A stretch of 64,000 nt of DNA from Aestuariivirga sp. (GTDB lineage: Bacteria > Pseudomonadota > Alphaproteobacteria > Rhizobiales > Aestuariivirgaceae), in assembly GCF_041738905.1 (NCBI RefSeq), contig NZ_JBGSOZ010000151.1, forward strand, positions 5,829-69,828. The letters are read 5' to 3'. Within the stretch, counting starts at the first letter, position 1. Each line of letters starts with the position of its first letter. Below, piece by piece: positions 27,978-38,611 of the stretch. The translations under genes and the position numbers were made by a program. A model generated the notes under the pieces. It was given only the letters and a program-made list of their open reading frames with translations. It did no database searches and was not told the origin of the DNA.

Positions 27978-28370
27978 ATGCTTCGTTACATCATGAAGGC
28001 GGCTGCTCTGGGCACCGTTCTTCTCACCAATTCTGTGACGGCCTCGGCCGATATCAAAGACTACGAGTTTCAACTCGTGACCAATGAGTTGAAACAAGGT
28101 GAGGCCGAAGTTGTCGTCAAGCTCGTCCGCAAACCATCTGGCGACGCAGTTCCCGATGCTGTGATCTTTGCTCAGAGAATCGATATGGGTCCAGATGGCA
28201 TGGAAACCATGCAAAGTTCTATAGAGGCCATAGCGTCTACAGAACCTGGCACTTACCGGTTCAAAACCAATCTGACTATGGTAGGCAACAGGGCTTTTTC
28301 GCTCGCTGCAAAGATCCAGGGCGAGACAGGCACTCTTGAGAACAAGCTCGTCCTCAAGGCCACGAAGTGA
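27978..28370 (+). CDS. FixH/YtkA-like periplasmic protein
   Basis: Signal peptide; DMGPDGMETM; LAAKIQGE; coupled to cusB. Confidence 0.7.
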   Translation: MLRYIMKAAALGTVLLTNSVTASADIKDYEFQLVTNELKQGEAEVVVKLVRKPSGDAVPDAVIFAQRIDMGPDGMETMQSSIEAIASTEPGTYRFKTNLTMVGNRAFSLAAKIQGETGTLENKLVLKATK

Positions 28371-29773
28371 GACGCGCCTTGAGAACAGTTGTTACCGTCG
28401 CGGTCATCTCGGCTGCAGCGGGAGCCGGGGTGTGGGCTGGCCAGATGGGCCTTGTGAAGATCCCATCGGAAATCTCTGGTGCTGTTTGGACTGTCGGACA
28501 TCCTCAGCCAGCCCGCGAAGTTATCTACTACCGTGATCCGACCGGAAAGCCGAACTACTCACTGACACCCAAGAGCACTGTTGATGGTCAACCATACGGA
28601 CCAGTCTATGCTAGCGAGGAAAAGGGTTTCGGGTCAGGAGACAACGAGGTCGTTGCTGCCCCAGAGCCTAAAATGGATCGGAAGATCAAGTTCTACCGCA
28701 ATCCGATGGGCTTGCCTGATACATCCCCCGTCCCCAAGAAAGACTCGATGGGAATGGACTACATCGTCGTCTATGAGGACGAGGACCAGAGCGACCCTTC
28801 CATTGTCAAGGTAAGCATCGAAAAGGTGCAGCGCGCTGGCGTCAGGACCGAGTCTGTCGCGCGACGGATATTATTGGAACCAATCCATGCACCGGGCTCG
28901 ATCCAGCTCGATGAGCGCCGCGAACGTTCCCTCACGCTGCGAGCCGAAGCATTTATCGAGAAAGTTTATGCCGGTGCAACAGGCCAGCATGTGAAGGCTG
29001 GTGAGCCGCTGTTTCGCTTCTACAGCCCGCAAATTGTCCAGGCGTTGGTCGACTACCGGCTTGCGGTGGCCGGCGGCCAAAAGCAGGCAGGCGCGCGCAA
29101 GCTCCTCAATCTCGGCATTCCGGAAGAGTTCATTGCTGCCATTCCGGCAAAAGGCGACATTCCATTCTCGATGGACTGGCCTTCACCCGTCGATGGCGTG
29201 CTGATGAGCAAGACGGTTGTTGCCGGGGCTCGCGCCATGCCGGGAGATGAACTCTATAGGCTGGCAGATGTCTCCACAGTATGGGTGATTGCCGATGTGT
29301 CCGAGGCAGACGTTGGCCGGGTCAAAATCGGCGACCCCGCGCAAGTCACCCTGCGGTCCTATCCGGGCGACATCTTCCGCGGAAAAGTCGCCTTCATTCT
29401 CCCTGAGCTGAAGGCCGAGACCCGCACAGCGCAAATCAGGATCGAGTTGCCCAATCCGGAGCACAAACTGCTGCATCGCATGTATGCAGATGTTGAGATC
29501 GATGCCGGACAATCCGCAAAGGTACTGGCAATACCGGCATCAGCGATCATCGACAGCGGCAGCCGGCAGGTGGCCATTGTCCAGGTAGGCGAAGGCCAGT
29601 TCAAGCCGACGGAAGTTCGCGTTGGGCGTCGAGGATCCGAGTATGTGGAAATTCTCGAAGGACTGAAGGAAGGGGAGCAGGTCGTCACGCGGGCCAATTT
29701 CCTGATCGACGCCGAAAGTAATCTGCAGGCTGCGCTGACCGGGCTTTCGGCTCCGGAAGGAGCCGCGCCGTGA
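28367..29773 (+). CDS. cusB: CusB-like RND periplasmic adaptor
   Basis: YRNPMG...DSMGMDY metal-binding domain; VVTRANFLIDAES. Confidence 0.9.
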   Translation: MRRALRTVVTVAVISAAAGAGVWAGQMGLVKIPSEISGAVWTVGHPQPAREVIYYRDPTGKPNYSLTPKSTVDGQPYGPVYASEEKGFGSGDNEVVAAPEPKMDRKIKFYRNPMGLPDTSPVPKKDSMGMDYIVVYEDEDQSDPSIVKVSIEKVQRAGVRTESVARRILLEPIHAPGSIQLDERRERSLTLRAEAFIEKVYAGATGQHVKAGEPLFRFYSPQIVQALVDYRLAVAGGQKQAGARKLLNLGIPEEFIAAIPAKGDIPFSMDWPSPVDGVLMSKTVVAGARAMPGDELYRLADVSTVWVIADVSEADVGRVKIGDPAQVTLRSYPGDIFRGKVAFILPELKAETRTAQIRIELPNPEHKLLHRMYADVEIDAGQSAKVLAIPASAIIDSGSRQVAIVQVGEGQFKPTEVRVGRRGSEYVEILEGLKEGEQVVTRANFLIDAESNLQAALTGLSAPEGAAP

Positions 29774-32700
29774 TTAGCAAAATCATTGAGTGGTCGGCCC
29801 GCAACATGGTGCTGGTGATCATTGGCACGCTGTTTTTGGCGCTTGCAGGCGCCTATGCAGTCAGGACCACGCCGCTCGATGCCATCCCTGACCTCTCGGA
29901 TACGCAGGTCATTGTCTATACCGAGTTTGCGGGCCAGGCACCGCAGGTTGTCGAGGACCAGGTTACCTATCCGCTCACCACATCGCTTTTGAGCGTACCG
30001 AAGTCCAAGGTGGTACGTGGCTTCTCGTTCTTCGGCGTGTCCTTTATCTACATCATCTTCGCGGACGGTACGGACCCTTACTGGGCGCGCTCGCGGGTGC
30101 TCGAATACCTGAACGCCGCAGCCAGACAATTACCGCAGGGTGTCACCCCATCGCTGGGCCCAGACGCCACGGGGGTCGGCTGGGTCTACCAATATGCCCT
30201 GACGGGCAAAGGCCGCGATCTGGGCGAGCTCCGCACTACGCAAGACTGGCAGCTGCGCTATGCTCTGGCCAAGGCCGAGGGTGTGGCCGAGGTGGCAAGC
30301 GTTGGCGGCTTCGTCAAGCAATACAGTGTGGTCGTCGATCCCCGCCAGATGCAGAGCTTTGGCATCTCATTGAACGATGTGCGCAATGCCATCCGTGCCA
30401 GCAATATGGATACCGGCGGCCGCACGGTCGAGATTTCCGAGACGGAATATGCCGTGCGCGGACGTGGCCTGTTCCGCAATGTAAAGGACATTGAGACGAT
30501 CGTCCTAAAGGCAGAGGGTGGCACGCCGGTCCTGCTGCGCGACGTGGCCCGCGTCGAGTTCGCGCCCGACGAGCGGCGCGGCATCACCGAGTTGAATGGC
30601 GAAGGTGAAGCCGTTGGCGGCATCGCCATCCAGCGTTATGGTGAGAATGCCCTGTCAGTGATCGACAACGTCAAGGCCCGGCTTGAAGACGTAAGGGCCA
30701 GTTTGCCAGAGGGCACCGAAGTGCAAACGGTTTATGACCGCTCCGATCTCATCCATCGTGCCATTGAGACGCTGAAGAGCACGCTGCTGGAGGAAAGCCT
30801 CATTGTTGCCGCCGTCTGCGTGATCTTCCTGCTGCACGTCAGGAGCGCACTGGTGGCGATCCTCATGCTGCCTGTTGGTATCCTGATTGCCTTCGCGCTG
30901 ATGCGCATGCTTGGGCTATCATCCAACATCATGAGCCTTGGTGGTATCGCAATAGCCATTGGCGCCATGGTGGATGCGGCAATCGTCATGATTGAGAATG
31001 CTCACAAACACTTGGAGCGGGCAAAGCCGGATACACCACGCATCGACATCATTGTCGCAGCAGCGAAGGAAGTCGGACCGGCGCTCTTCTTCGGGCTTTT
31101 GGTCATCACCGTGTCGTTCTTGCCGATTTTTGCTCTGGAAGCGCAGGAGGGTCGCTTATTCAAGCCCCTGGCCTACACCAAGTCTTTCGCCATGGCGGCA
31201 GCGGCGGTACTGTCGATCACGCTAGTACCCGCGCTGATGTATCTGTTCATCCGAGGGCGCATTGTTGCCGAGCACAGAAATCCACTCAATCGATTTTTGA
31301 TCTGGCTCTATCGCCCGGTGATCAAGGGCGTGCTGAAGGCAAAGATCTTTACGGTTGTGGTAGCCATTGGGGTTCTGGCTGGGAGCTATTGGCCTGCCAT
31401 GCAACTCGGCTCCGAGTTCATGCCCAACCTTGACGAGGGTACGTTGCTTTATATGCCAACGACCTTACCGGGACTTTCCGTTACCAAAGCGGCCGAACTG
31501 TTGCAAACCCAGAACAAGATCATCAAGACCTTCCCGGAAGTAGCATCGGTCTTCGGCAAAGCGGGACGAGCCAACAGCGCGACCGACCCCGCCCCAACCG
31601 AGATGATCGAGACAGTCGTCAATTTGAAGCCCAGATCAGAATGGCGTCCAGGCATGACCGCCGATTCGCTGATTGCCGAGATGGATAAGTCTCTGCAGTT
31701 TCCCGGCGTGTCGAATGCCTGGACGATGCCGATCAAGGCGAGAATCGACATGCTCTCCACCGGCATTCGAACGCCCGTTGGCATCAAGGTGTTTGGTCCC
31801 GACTTGAACGAGATCGAGAGACTTGGCCGCGAGATTGAGAAGGCCCTGCGCGCCCTACCGGAAACCTCGAGCGCCTTCTCCGAGCGGGTGATTGGCGGAT
31901 ACTATCTCGAGATCACGCCCGATCGCGAACGGCTGGCCCGCTACGGAATGATGGTCCAGGACGTGCAGGACACCATCGCCATGGCACTGGGTGCGGAGTC
32001 GATCACCACTGCCGTCGAGGGACGTGAACGCTATGCTGTCAACCTGCGGCTGCCGCGGGACCTGCGCTCTGATCCCCAGTCGATTGCGCGCAATGTGCGG
32101 GTCAGCGGGTCCAATGGCGTGTCGGTGCCGCTGGGTGAGGTCGCCGACATCAAGCTCACCACGGGGCCGTCGACCATCCGCACCGAGAACGCCCAGCTTG
32201 CCGCCTATATCTTTGTCGATACCCGCGACAGCGACATTGGCGGATATGTCGCCAAAGCTCAGCGCGCTGTCTCGGAGAACGTCAAGTTCCCGCAAGGCTA
32301 TTTCATTACATGGAGTGGCCAGTTCGAATACCTGCAGCGGGCCAAGGAGCGACTGCAGATCGTCGTGCCGGTTACATTGCTCATTATCTTCCTGCTGCTT
32401 TACCTGAACTTCCGCAAACTGACTGAGACACTCATCGTTATGTTGTCACTGCCTTTCTCGGTCGTCGGCGGCTTGTGGCTGATGTGGTGGATGGGATTCA
32501 ATATGTCGGTCGCCGTAGTAGTCGGCTTCATCGCCCTCGCCGGTGTTGCGGCTGAAACTGGGGTTGTCATGTTGATCTATTTGCAGAACGCTTTGGCAGA
32601 GTGGCGGCACCGTGCGGATGCCCAAGGCCGAATATTCACCAAAGCAGACTTGCATGGAGCAGTTATGGAAGGAGCGGTTGACCGCGTGCGCCCCAAGATC

Positions 32701-32934
32701 ATGACGGTCGCTGCTATCATGGCGGGGTTGCTGCCTATTCTGTGGAGCAGCGGAACTGGCTCCGAAGTCATGCAGCGCATCGCCGTACCGATGATCGGCG
32801 GCATGGTGTCATCGACTGTCCTGACCTTAGTCGTCATTCCCGCCATCTTCGCGCTTGTCGAGGGCGCAAGAATGCGAATGAGAAAGAAGCGCGAACTCGA
32901 TCCGTCACATCTTGGACCTGCAACCCAGACTTAG
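29770..32934 (+). CDS. cusA: CusA/SilA heavy-metal RND pump
   Basis: DAIPDLSDTQV, GAMVDAAIVMIEN, WTMPIKARIDMLSTG, RPKIMT. Confidence 0.93.
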   Translation: MISKIIEWSARNMVLVIIGTLFLALAGAYAVRTTPLDAIPDLSDTQVIVYTEFAGQAPQVVEDQVTYPLTTSLLSVPKSKVVRGFSFFGVSFIYIIFADGTDPYWARSRVLEYLNAAARQLPQGVTPSLGPDATGVGWVYQYALTGKGRDLGELRTTQDWQLRYALAKAEGVAEVASVGGFVKQYSVVVDPRQMQSFGISLNDVRNAIRASNMDTGGRTVEISETEYAVRGRGLFRNVKDIETIVLKAEGGTPVLLRDVARVEFAPDERRGITELNGEGEAVGGIAIQRYGENALSVIDNVKARLEDVRASLPEGTEVQTVYDRSDLIHRAIETLKSTLLEESLIVAAVCVIFLLHVRSALVAILMLPVGILIAFALMRMLGLSSNIMSLGGIAIAIGAMVDAAIVMIENAHKHLERAKPDTPRIDIIVAAAKEVGPALFFGLLVITVSFLPIFALEAQEGRLFKPLAYTKSFAMAAAAVLSITLVPALMYLFIRGRIVAEHRNPLNRFLIWLYRPVIKGVLKAKIFTVVVAIGVLAGSYWPAMQLGSEFMPNLDEGTLLYMPTTLPGLSVTKAAELLQTQNKIIKTFPEVASVFGKAGRANSATDPAPTEMIETVVNLKPRSEWRPGMTADSLIAEMDKSLQFPGVSNAWTMPIKARIDMLSTGIRTPVGIKVFGPDLNEIERLGREIEKALRALPETSSAFSERVIGGYYLEITPDRERLARYGMMVQDVQDTIAMALGAESITTAVEGRERYAVNLRLPRDLRSDPQSIARNVRVSGSNGVSVPLGEVADIKLTTGPSTIRTENAQLAAYIFVDTRDSDIGGYVAKAQRAVSENVKFPQGYFITWSGQFEYLQRAKERLQIVVPVTLLIIFLLLYLNFRKLTETLIVMLSLPFSVVGGLWLMWWMGFNMSVAVVVGFIALAGVAAETGVVMLIYLQNALAEWRHRADAQGRIFTKADLHGAVMEGAVDRVRPKIMTVAAIMAGLLPILWSSGTGSEVMQRIAVPMIGGMVSSTVLTLVVIPAIFALVEGARMRMRKKRELDPSHLGPATQT

Positions 32935-32944
32935 GAGGATAACT

Positions 32945-33421
32945 ATGAAAAACTTCGGCATGAACCGCCGTACTTCAATCTGCAGTCTCATTGCCATCGC
33001 GGCGGGCGGTCTGTTTCCAACAGTGGGACGCGCCGCGGGAGACGCCTTGCCTCCCGTCAGGGCGTATCGCAATCCCGGTTGTGGCTGCTGTGAGAAATGG
33101 GCTGGCCTGATGAAGGAGGCAGGATTCGCAATCACAATGGAGGACGACAACGATCTGGCTGGCCGAAAGGAGAAACTCGGCGTTCCGGCCGAACTTTCAG
33201 GATGCCATACGGCTCTGATCGCCGGGTATGTCATCGAAGGTCATGTGCCGCCGAAGGACATTCTGCGGCTACTGGCCGAGAAGCCAGACGCCCTTGGTCT
33301 TGCTGTGCCTGGAATGCCAGTGGGTTCACCAGGAATGGAAGCTGCGGAAGAAGCAGACGCTTACGACGTAATCCAGTTTGCTCGGAATGGATCGCAACGA
33401 GTCTTCGCCCGATACACGTAA
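32945..33421 (+). CDS. DUF411 (CopG-like) metal-binding protein
   Basis: GCGCC, CHTA, IEGHVP, VPGMPVGSPGME. Confidence 0.9.
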   Translation: MKNFGMNRRTSICSLIAIAAGGLFPTVGRAAGDALPPVRAYRNPGCGCCEKWAGLMKEAGFAITMEDDNDLAGRKEKLGVPAELSGCHTALIAGYVIEGHVPPKDILRLLAEKPDALGLAVPGMPVGSPGMEAAEEADAYDVIQFARNGSQRVFARYT

Positions 33422-33447
33422 TGCCACAGTTGTAAATCGGGAGGTGT

Positions 33448-33867
33448 TCAGTGCTCGCCGCCGCAACGCTTGTGGTCGCTGAGCACCTCGATGACTCGGC
33501 AATGGCTCACACGGCCATGGCCGCACTCTTCGACCATGCGTTTCAATTCTTTGCGAAGAGCCTGAAGTTTCTTCAGTCGTAACTCGACTTGTTCGAGATG
33601 CGAACGGGCGATGATGTCGGCGGCGGAGCAACTCGTGTCCGGATTGTCCGACAAATGCAGCAATTCCCGGATTTCTTCAATGCCGAAGCCGAGTTCGCGG
33701 GCGTGACGGATGAACTTGAGGCGACGCGCGTCCTCCGGACCATAGAGCCGGTGGCCACCCTCGGAGCGTGCAAAAGGCCGGATCAGACCGATCTCCTCGT
33801 AATAGCGGATGGTTTGAACCTTTGTGGCCGCGATCACGGCGAGTTTACCGATAGCCATGCCAGCCAT
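33448..33867 (-). CDS. MerR-family metal regulator (ZntR/CadR/PbrR type)
   Basis: TIRYYEEIGL HTH; three spaced Cys (DTSC, EEC, SHC). Confidence 0.9.
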   Translation of the reverse strand: MAGMAIGKLAVIAATKVQTIRYYEEIGLIRPFARSEGGHRLYGPEDARRLKFIRHARELGFGIEEIRELLHLSDNPDTSCSAADIIARSHLEQVELRLKKLQALRKELKRMVEECGHGRVSHCRVIEVLSDHKRCGGEH

Positions 33868-33878
33868 GGAATTTCCTC

Positions 33879-33909
33879 TTGAATCTCCAGTGGCTGGAGA
33901 TTGTATCAA
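33879..33909 (+). promoter_or_regulatory. MerR-type promoter/operator
   Basis: TTGAAT-N19-TATCAA with perfect dyad AATCTCCAG-tgg-CTGGAGATT (33882-33902). Confidence 0.85.
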
Positions 33910-33973
33910 AGAATCAGCGACGCTCAAAGGGCGGCGGCTAGACAACGCCGTCATATGACAGGAACGGAATACC

Positions 33974-34621
33974 ATGAATCGAAGGCAATCCATTATTGCG
34001 CTGGGAGCAGCAGGTCTGATGGGGGCCAGTTTCGCCAGCCAACGCTCCTTTGCGGAGGAGGAAGCCGCCGAGGTCGCCAAGCGTCTGCTGGACGCTGCGT
34101 CCCCACTTGGAGATCGCTCGCTCGGCAAAGCTGACGCTCCCGTTGTGATGATTGAGTATGCCTCGGCGACGTGCCCGCATTGCGCCGAGTTCCACGAAAT
34201 GGTTCTGCCGCAAATCAAGTCCGAGTACATCGAGACCGGAAAGGTCCGCTTCATCTTTCGGGAATTCCCGCTGGATCAACTGGCGCTTGGCGCCTTTATG
34301 CTTACCCGATGCATCTCCGAGGACAAGTATTTCGCGACACTCGATCTCATGTTCCAGAAGCAGAAAACATGGGCGCAGGCCAAGAACCCAGCCGACGAAC
34401 TGTTCAAGGTCATGCAGTTGCCAGGCATGGACCAAGCGGGGTTTGAAGCTTGCGTGAAGCGTGAGGAACTTGCCAAGGCCATCGTTGAATCGTCAAAGAA
34501 AGCTGCAAAGGACTTCGCCATCAAGGGAACGCCAGCGATCTTCATCAATGGCCAGTTCATAGATGCACACGAGGACATGGCGTCGGTCAAGATCGCCTTG
34601 GACAAGGCCATTGGCCAGTAG
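33974..34621 (+). CDS. DsbA-family thiol-disulfide oxidoreductase
   Basis: Twin-Arg-like signal, [13 protein letters not shown]. Confidence 0.9.
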   Translation: MNRRQSIIALGAAGLMGASFASQRSFAEEEAAEVAKRLLDAASPLGDRSLGKADAPVVMIEYASATCPHCAEFHEMVLPQIKSEYIETGKVRFIFREFPLDQLALGAFMLTRCISEDKYFATLDLMFQKQKTWAQAKNPADELFKVMQLPGMDQAGFEACVKREELAKAIVESSKKAAKDFAIKGTPAIFINGQFIDAHEDMASVKIALDKAIGQ

Positions 34622-34655
34622 AGCGCCAACGAAACCAACAATTCGGAATTTGAAG

Positions 34656-35306
34656 ATGAAGCGAAGAGAATTATTGACCGGCGCGCTGGCCGCAATTGCC
34701 ACGGCATCATTGGGCGTTTCGGAAGCAGTGGCGGAGAAGTTCCCGATTTTCCGCGCCGAGATTCAGAAGGTTCCGCCCAAATATCGCAAGCGGACCGTGC
34801 GATTTCTGAGTGACTACCCGGTGGGCACCATCGTTGTCGATACGCGCAACAAGTTCCTGTATCTCGTTCAACCAGGTGGCAGGGCAATCCGCTATGGCAT
34901 CGGCGTCGGGCGGCAAGGCTTCTCGTGGTCGGGCGCTGCTGTGATCAAGCGCAAGGCCAAGTGGCCGACATGGACACCGCCTGCTGCCATGGTGGCGCGC
35001 GATGAGTTCGCAGCCCAGTGGGCGAACGGCATGCCCGGCGGCCCGAAAAACCCGCTCGGCGCAAGAGCACTTTATCTGTATCAGGGCAATGTCGATACAC
35101 TATATCGCATCCATGGAACGTTTGTCCCGTCGTCCATAGGCAAGGCAGTTTCGTCAGGATGCATTCGCATGATCAATGCCGATGTCGCGGACCTTTATGA
35201 ACGCGTTCCGGTGGGAACGGAGGTCGTCGTCCTGCAAGGCCGATCGCCGTTCGTAGCTGAAGATATGCCGCCTGCGAAGCGCAAGCGGAAGTTCCTGTTT
35301 GAATAG
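34656..35306 (+). CDS. L,D-transpeptidase (YkuD family)
   Basis: MKRRELL signal; YRIHGT...SSGCIRM. Confidence 0.9.
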   Translation: MKRRELLTGALAAIATASLGVSEAVAEKFPIFRAEIQKVPPKYRKRTVRFLSDYPVGTIVVDTRNKFLYLVQPGGRAIRYGIGVGRQGFSWSGAAVIKRKAKWPTWTPPAAMVARDEFAAQWANGMPGGPKNPLGARALYLYQGNVDTLYRIHGTFVPSSIGKAVSSGCIRMINADVADLYERVPVGTEVVVLQGRSPFVAEDMPPAKRKRKFLFE

Positions 35307-35315
35307 GATCGACAT

Positions 35316-37496
35316 ATGACAACGACGGCCCGCTTCCGCGTGCAGGGCATGGATTGCCCCTCCTGCGTCAGCAAGATCGAGACGGCCGTCAAGCGTATCG
35401 CGGGCGTCGAGACCGCCAAGGTCGGCCTGCAATCGGAGACCCTCACGGTCGAAATGGCCGATGCGGCCAGGAGCGAGGCTGTGGAGAAGGCTGTGACCTC
35501 ACTGGGCTACAAGGTCGCCCGGCAGGCCACCGCCGTTGCACCGCCGCAATCCGCGAACGCCGTTGCCCACTCAGGCCATGACCACTCCGGGAATGCTCAC
35601 GACGAGCCCAGTTCCGAAGCCGGGCATTCCGATCACGGCGAGGCCATCGATGGCCCGTGGTGGCGGTCCTCCAAGGGCGTGTTGGTCATCATCACTGGCG
35701 CCATGACTGCTCTGGCCTATCTCGATCACTACATCCTTCCCTATGGCTCGAAATATGCCTTCCTCGCCGCCGCACTAGTTGGCACTGCCCCGGTCGCCAG
35801 GCGCGCCTTCATGGCGCTGCGCAACGGGTCGCTGTTCACCATCGAGATGCTGATGACCATCGCCGTCATAGGCGCCATTGCCATCGGCGCCACGGAGGAG
35901 GCAGCGATCGTCGTGTTCCTGTTTGCAGTGGGCGAGTTGCTCGAAGGGGTCGCGGCGGGCCGGGCGCGCTCCGGCATTCGTGCACTGGCGAAAATCGCGC
36001 CGCAGACCGCCATGGTGGAAACGCCGTCCGGCCTCGTCGAAACGCCCGTGGCGCAACTCGCCCTCGGCAGCATCGTCGTGGTGCGGCCGGGCGACCGCGT
36101 GCCGGCAGACGGCGTCATCGTTTCGGGCAATTCCGCGCTGGACGAATCCGCTCTTACCGGCGAGTCCATGCCGCGGTCCCGCGGCGAGGGCGACATGGTG
36201 CTGGCCGGCTCCATCAATGCCGAATCCGTACTGCGCGTGCGGGTGGACAAGCCGGCGGGCGACACGCTGATCGCTCGCGTCGTCCGCCTCGTGGAGGAGG
36301 CGGCGGACGCCAAGGCACCCTCCGAACGCTTCATAGAACGCTTTGCCCGCTGGTACATGCCGATGATCTGTGTTCTGGCGCTGGCCGTGGCGCTCGTTCC
36401 GCCGCTCCTCTGGCATGCGCCTTGGGACGTGTGGATCTATCCCGCGCTGACGCTGCTGCTGATCGCCTGTCCGTGCGCGCTGGTGATCTCGACACCTGCC
36501 TCCATAGCGTCGGCGCTTGCGGCTGGCGCGCGGCGCGGACTCCTCGTCAAGGGTGGCGGCGTACTGGAGGCCATCGGCAAGGTGAAGCACATCGCCTTCG
36601 ACAAGACCGGCACGCTGACGGCGGGCAAGCCCGTGGTCACCGACGTTGTTGCGCTGGGCGGGACTCAGGACGGTGACGTGCTGCGTATTGCTGCCGCCGT
36701 CGAGTCCCATTCATCGCACCCGCTGGCGGTGGCCATCGTGGCGGCCGCGAAGGAGAAGAACATCGCCTTCACGGCGGTCGACTCCGAAGTCCTTCCCGGC
36801 AAGGGTCTGAAGGGTGAGGTCGATGGCCGGACCATCACCATCGGCGCGCGCGGCAGGCTCAACGTCACGCGCAAGGATGTGCTCGCGCGGGCGTCCGAAC
36901 TCGAAGCCGAGGGAAAGAGCGTCTCCGTGCTGCTTGCGGGCGATCAGCCCATCGGACTGATCGCACTCCGCGACGAGCTGCGCGAGGACGCCATCGCCGG
37001 TGTGCGCGCGGTGAAGGCGCTGGGTCTGATCCCGATCATGCTGACAGGCGACAACCGCGCCAATGCGGAAGCCGTGGGCAGGATCCTCGGCATGGAGGTC
37101 AGGGCGGAGCTTCTGCCGGAAGACAAGCTCGCCGTCATCCGCGAGAAGAGTGCGGCAGGCGGCATCGCCAAGGTTGGCGACGGCGTCAACGACGCACCGG
37201 CACTTGCCGCCGCCACGGTGGGGATCGCCATGGGATCGGGCACTGACGTTGCACTCGAGGCTGCAGATGCCGCCGTCCTGAACAATCGCATCTCCGATGT
37301 CGCGGGCCTCGTGCGGCTGTCGCGCCAGACCACGGCCGTCATTCGTCAGAACGTGGCGGTTTCACTTGGCTTCAAGGTGTTGTTCCTCGTCACCACGATC
37401 GTCGGCCTCACCGGCCTGTGGATCGCCATTCTCGCTGACACCGGTGCCACGGTGCTCGTCACTCTGAATGCGCTACGCCTGCTTCGTTGGCGCTGA
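35316..37496 (+). CDS. zntA: P1B-2 Zn/Cd/Pb-exporting ATPase
   Basis: GMDCPSC, His-rich linker, CPC, DKTGT, HP, GDGVND, ADTGAT. Confidence 0.9.
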   Translation: MTTTARFRVQGMDCPSCVSKIETAVKRIAGVETAKVGLQSETLTVEMADAARSEAVEKAVTSLGYKVARQATAVAPPQSANAVAHSGHDHSGNAHDEPSSEAGHSDHGEAIDGPWWRSSKGVLVIITGAMTALAYLDHYILPYGSKYAFLAAALVGTAPVARRAFMALRNGSLFTIEMLMTIAVIGAIAIGATEEAAIVVFLFAVGELLEGVAAGRARSGIRALAKIAPQTAMVETPSGLVETPVAQLALGSIVVVRPGDRVPADGVIVSGNSALDESALTGESMPRSRGEGDMVLAGSINAESVLRVRVDKPAGDTLIARVVRLVEEAADAKAPSERFIERFARWYMPMICVLALAVALVPPLLWHAPWDVWIYPALTLLLIACPCALVISTPASIASALAAGARRGLLVKGGGVLEAIGKVKHIAFDKTGTLTAGKPVVTDVVALGGTQDGDVLRIAAAVESHSSHPLAVAIVAAAKEKNIAFTAVDSEVLPGKGLKGEVDGRTITIGARGRLNVTRKDVLARASELEAEGKSVSVLLAGDQPIGLIALRDELREDAIAGVRAVKALGLIPIMLTGDNRANAEAVGRILGMEVRAELLPEDKLAVIREKSAAGGIAKVGDGVNDAPALAAATVGIAMGSGTDVALEAADAAVLNNRISDVAGLVRLSRQTTAVIRQNVAVSLGFKVLFLVTTIVGLTGLWIAILADTGATVLVTLNALRLLRWR

Positions 37497-37516
37497 TGAC
37501 CACCAAGGAAGCAATC

Positions 37517-38020
37517 ATGAGTTTGGCCTTGCTGCGCGCTGCCGCAATCACTGCCTTCGCTCTTCTTGCGGGTACAGGCAACGTCCTGACAGCAGAGACG
37601 GGCGGTCCGTGGAAGCTTGGAGATATCGTGGTCGAGCAGGCCTGGGCCCGGTTGGCTCCGGGCGGAGCACGAACGGGTGCCGTCTATCTCACCGTTCACA
37701 ACAAGTCCGGCCAGGACGATCTGTTGCTCGCTGTCGACAGCCCCGTTGCAAAATCGACCGCAGTTCAGGTGACCATCGTTGAAAACGATGTTGCCAGGAT
37801 GGAGCCGCTGCCCGCAGGGGTGAACCTCCCGAGCCACGGGGAAGTGGTGATGCGCCCGGGCGGCATGCACATCATGATGACGGGTGTATCCGCGGACATG
37901 AAGGTTGGCAGCCTGCTGCCGGTCAAGATGGTGTTCCGGGACGCAGGCTCGCTGGACTTCGAGGTTCCGGTGGTTCCGCTGGGTGCCTTTGATCCCGCCG
38001 AACAGCACCTGAAGCACTGA
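37517..38020 (+). CDS. PCu(A)C copper chaperone-like protein
   Basis: AWAR...GAVYLT, PGGMHIM; first His ligand appears absent. Confidence 0.8.
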   Translation: MSLALLRAAAITAFALLAGTGNVLTAETGGPWKLGDIVVEQAWARLAPGGARTGAVYLTVHNKSGQDDLLLAVDSPVAKSTAVQVTIVENDVARMEPLPAGVNLPSHGEVVMRPGGMHIMMTGVSADMKVGSLLPVKMVFRDAGSLDFEVPVVPLGAFDPAEQHLKH

Positions 38021-38022
38021 GT

Positions 38023-38607
38023 ATGGTTCGCCGGTTCTGGATACATGGAGTAGCTGCCGTACTGGCGTTGTGCGCCGGTGTCGCCATTGTTGTTTATCTC
38101 GAGACCGGGCGGATGGAAGGCCCCGCCATTGAGATCGGGGGAGCCTTTACAATGATGGATTAGGACGGGCAAGTCATCACTCAGCAGGACCTCGATCAGA
38201 CGGCGGTTGCGCTGTTCGCAGGGTTCACGCACTGCCCTGACGTTTGTCCGACGACATTGCTGCGGCTGTCGAACCTCCTGGAACAGCTTGGCGGCGATGC
38301 GGACAAGGTTCGCGTCGTCCTCGTTTCGGTCGATCCCGAGCGTGACACGCCACAAGTCCTCAAGTCCTACCTGGAGGCTTTCGAAGGTGACTTCACCGGC
38401 ATGACCGGCACGCCCGAACAGCTGAAGGCCTTCGCAAAGGCGTACAGGCTCTTCTACGAGAAATCCGGCACCGGCAGTGATTATACCATGAACCACACGG
38501 CGGGCGTCTTTCTCTTCAAGAAGGGAGGAGCCTTCCAGGGCACGCTCGACCAGCATGAGCCGGATGATACGGCCTTGCGCAAATTGAAGATGTTAACAGG
38601 AGCCTGA
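38023..38607 (+). pseudogene. SCO-family copper protein interrupted by an in-frame TAG
   Basis: Same frame throughout; TAG at 38161-63; CPDVC and MNHTA intact downstream. Confidence 0.85.
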
Positions 38608-38611
38608 CCCC

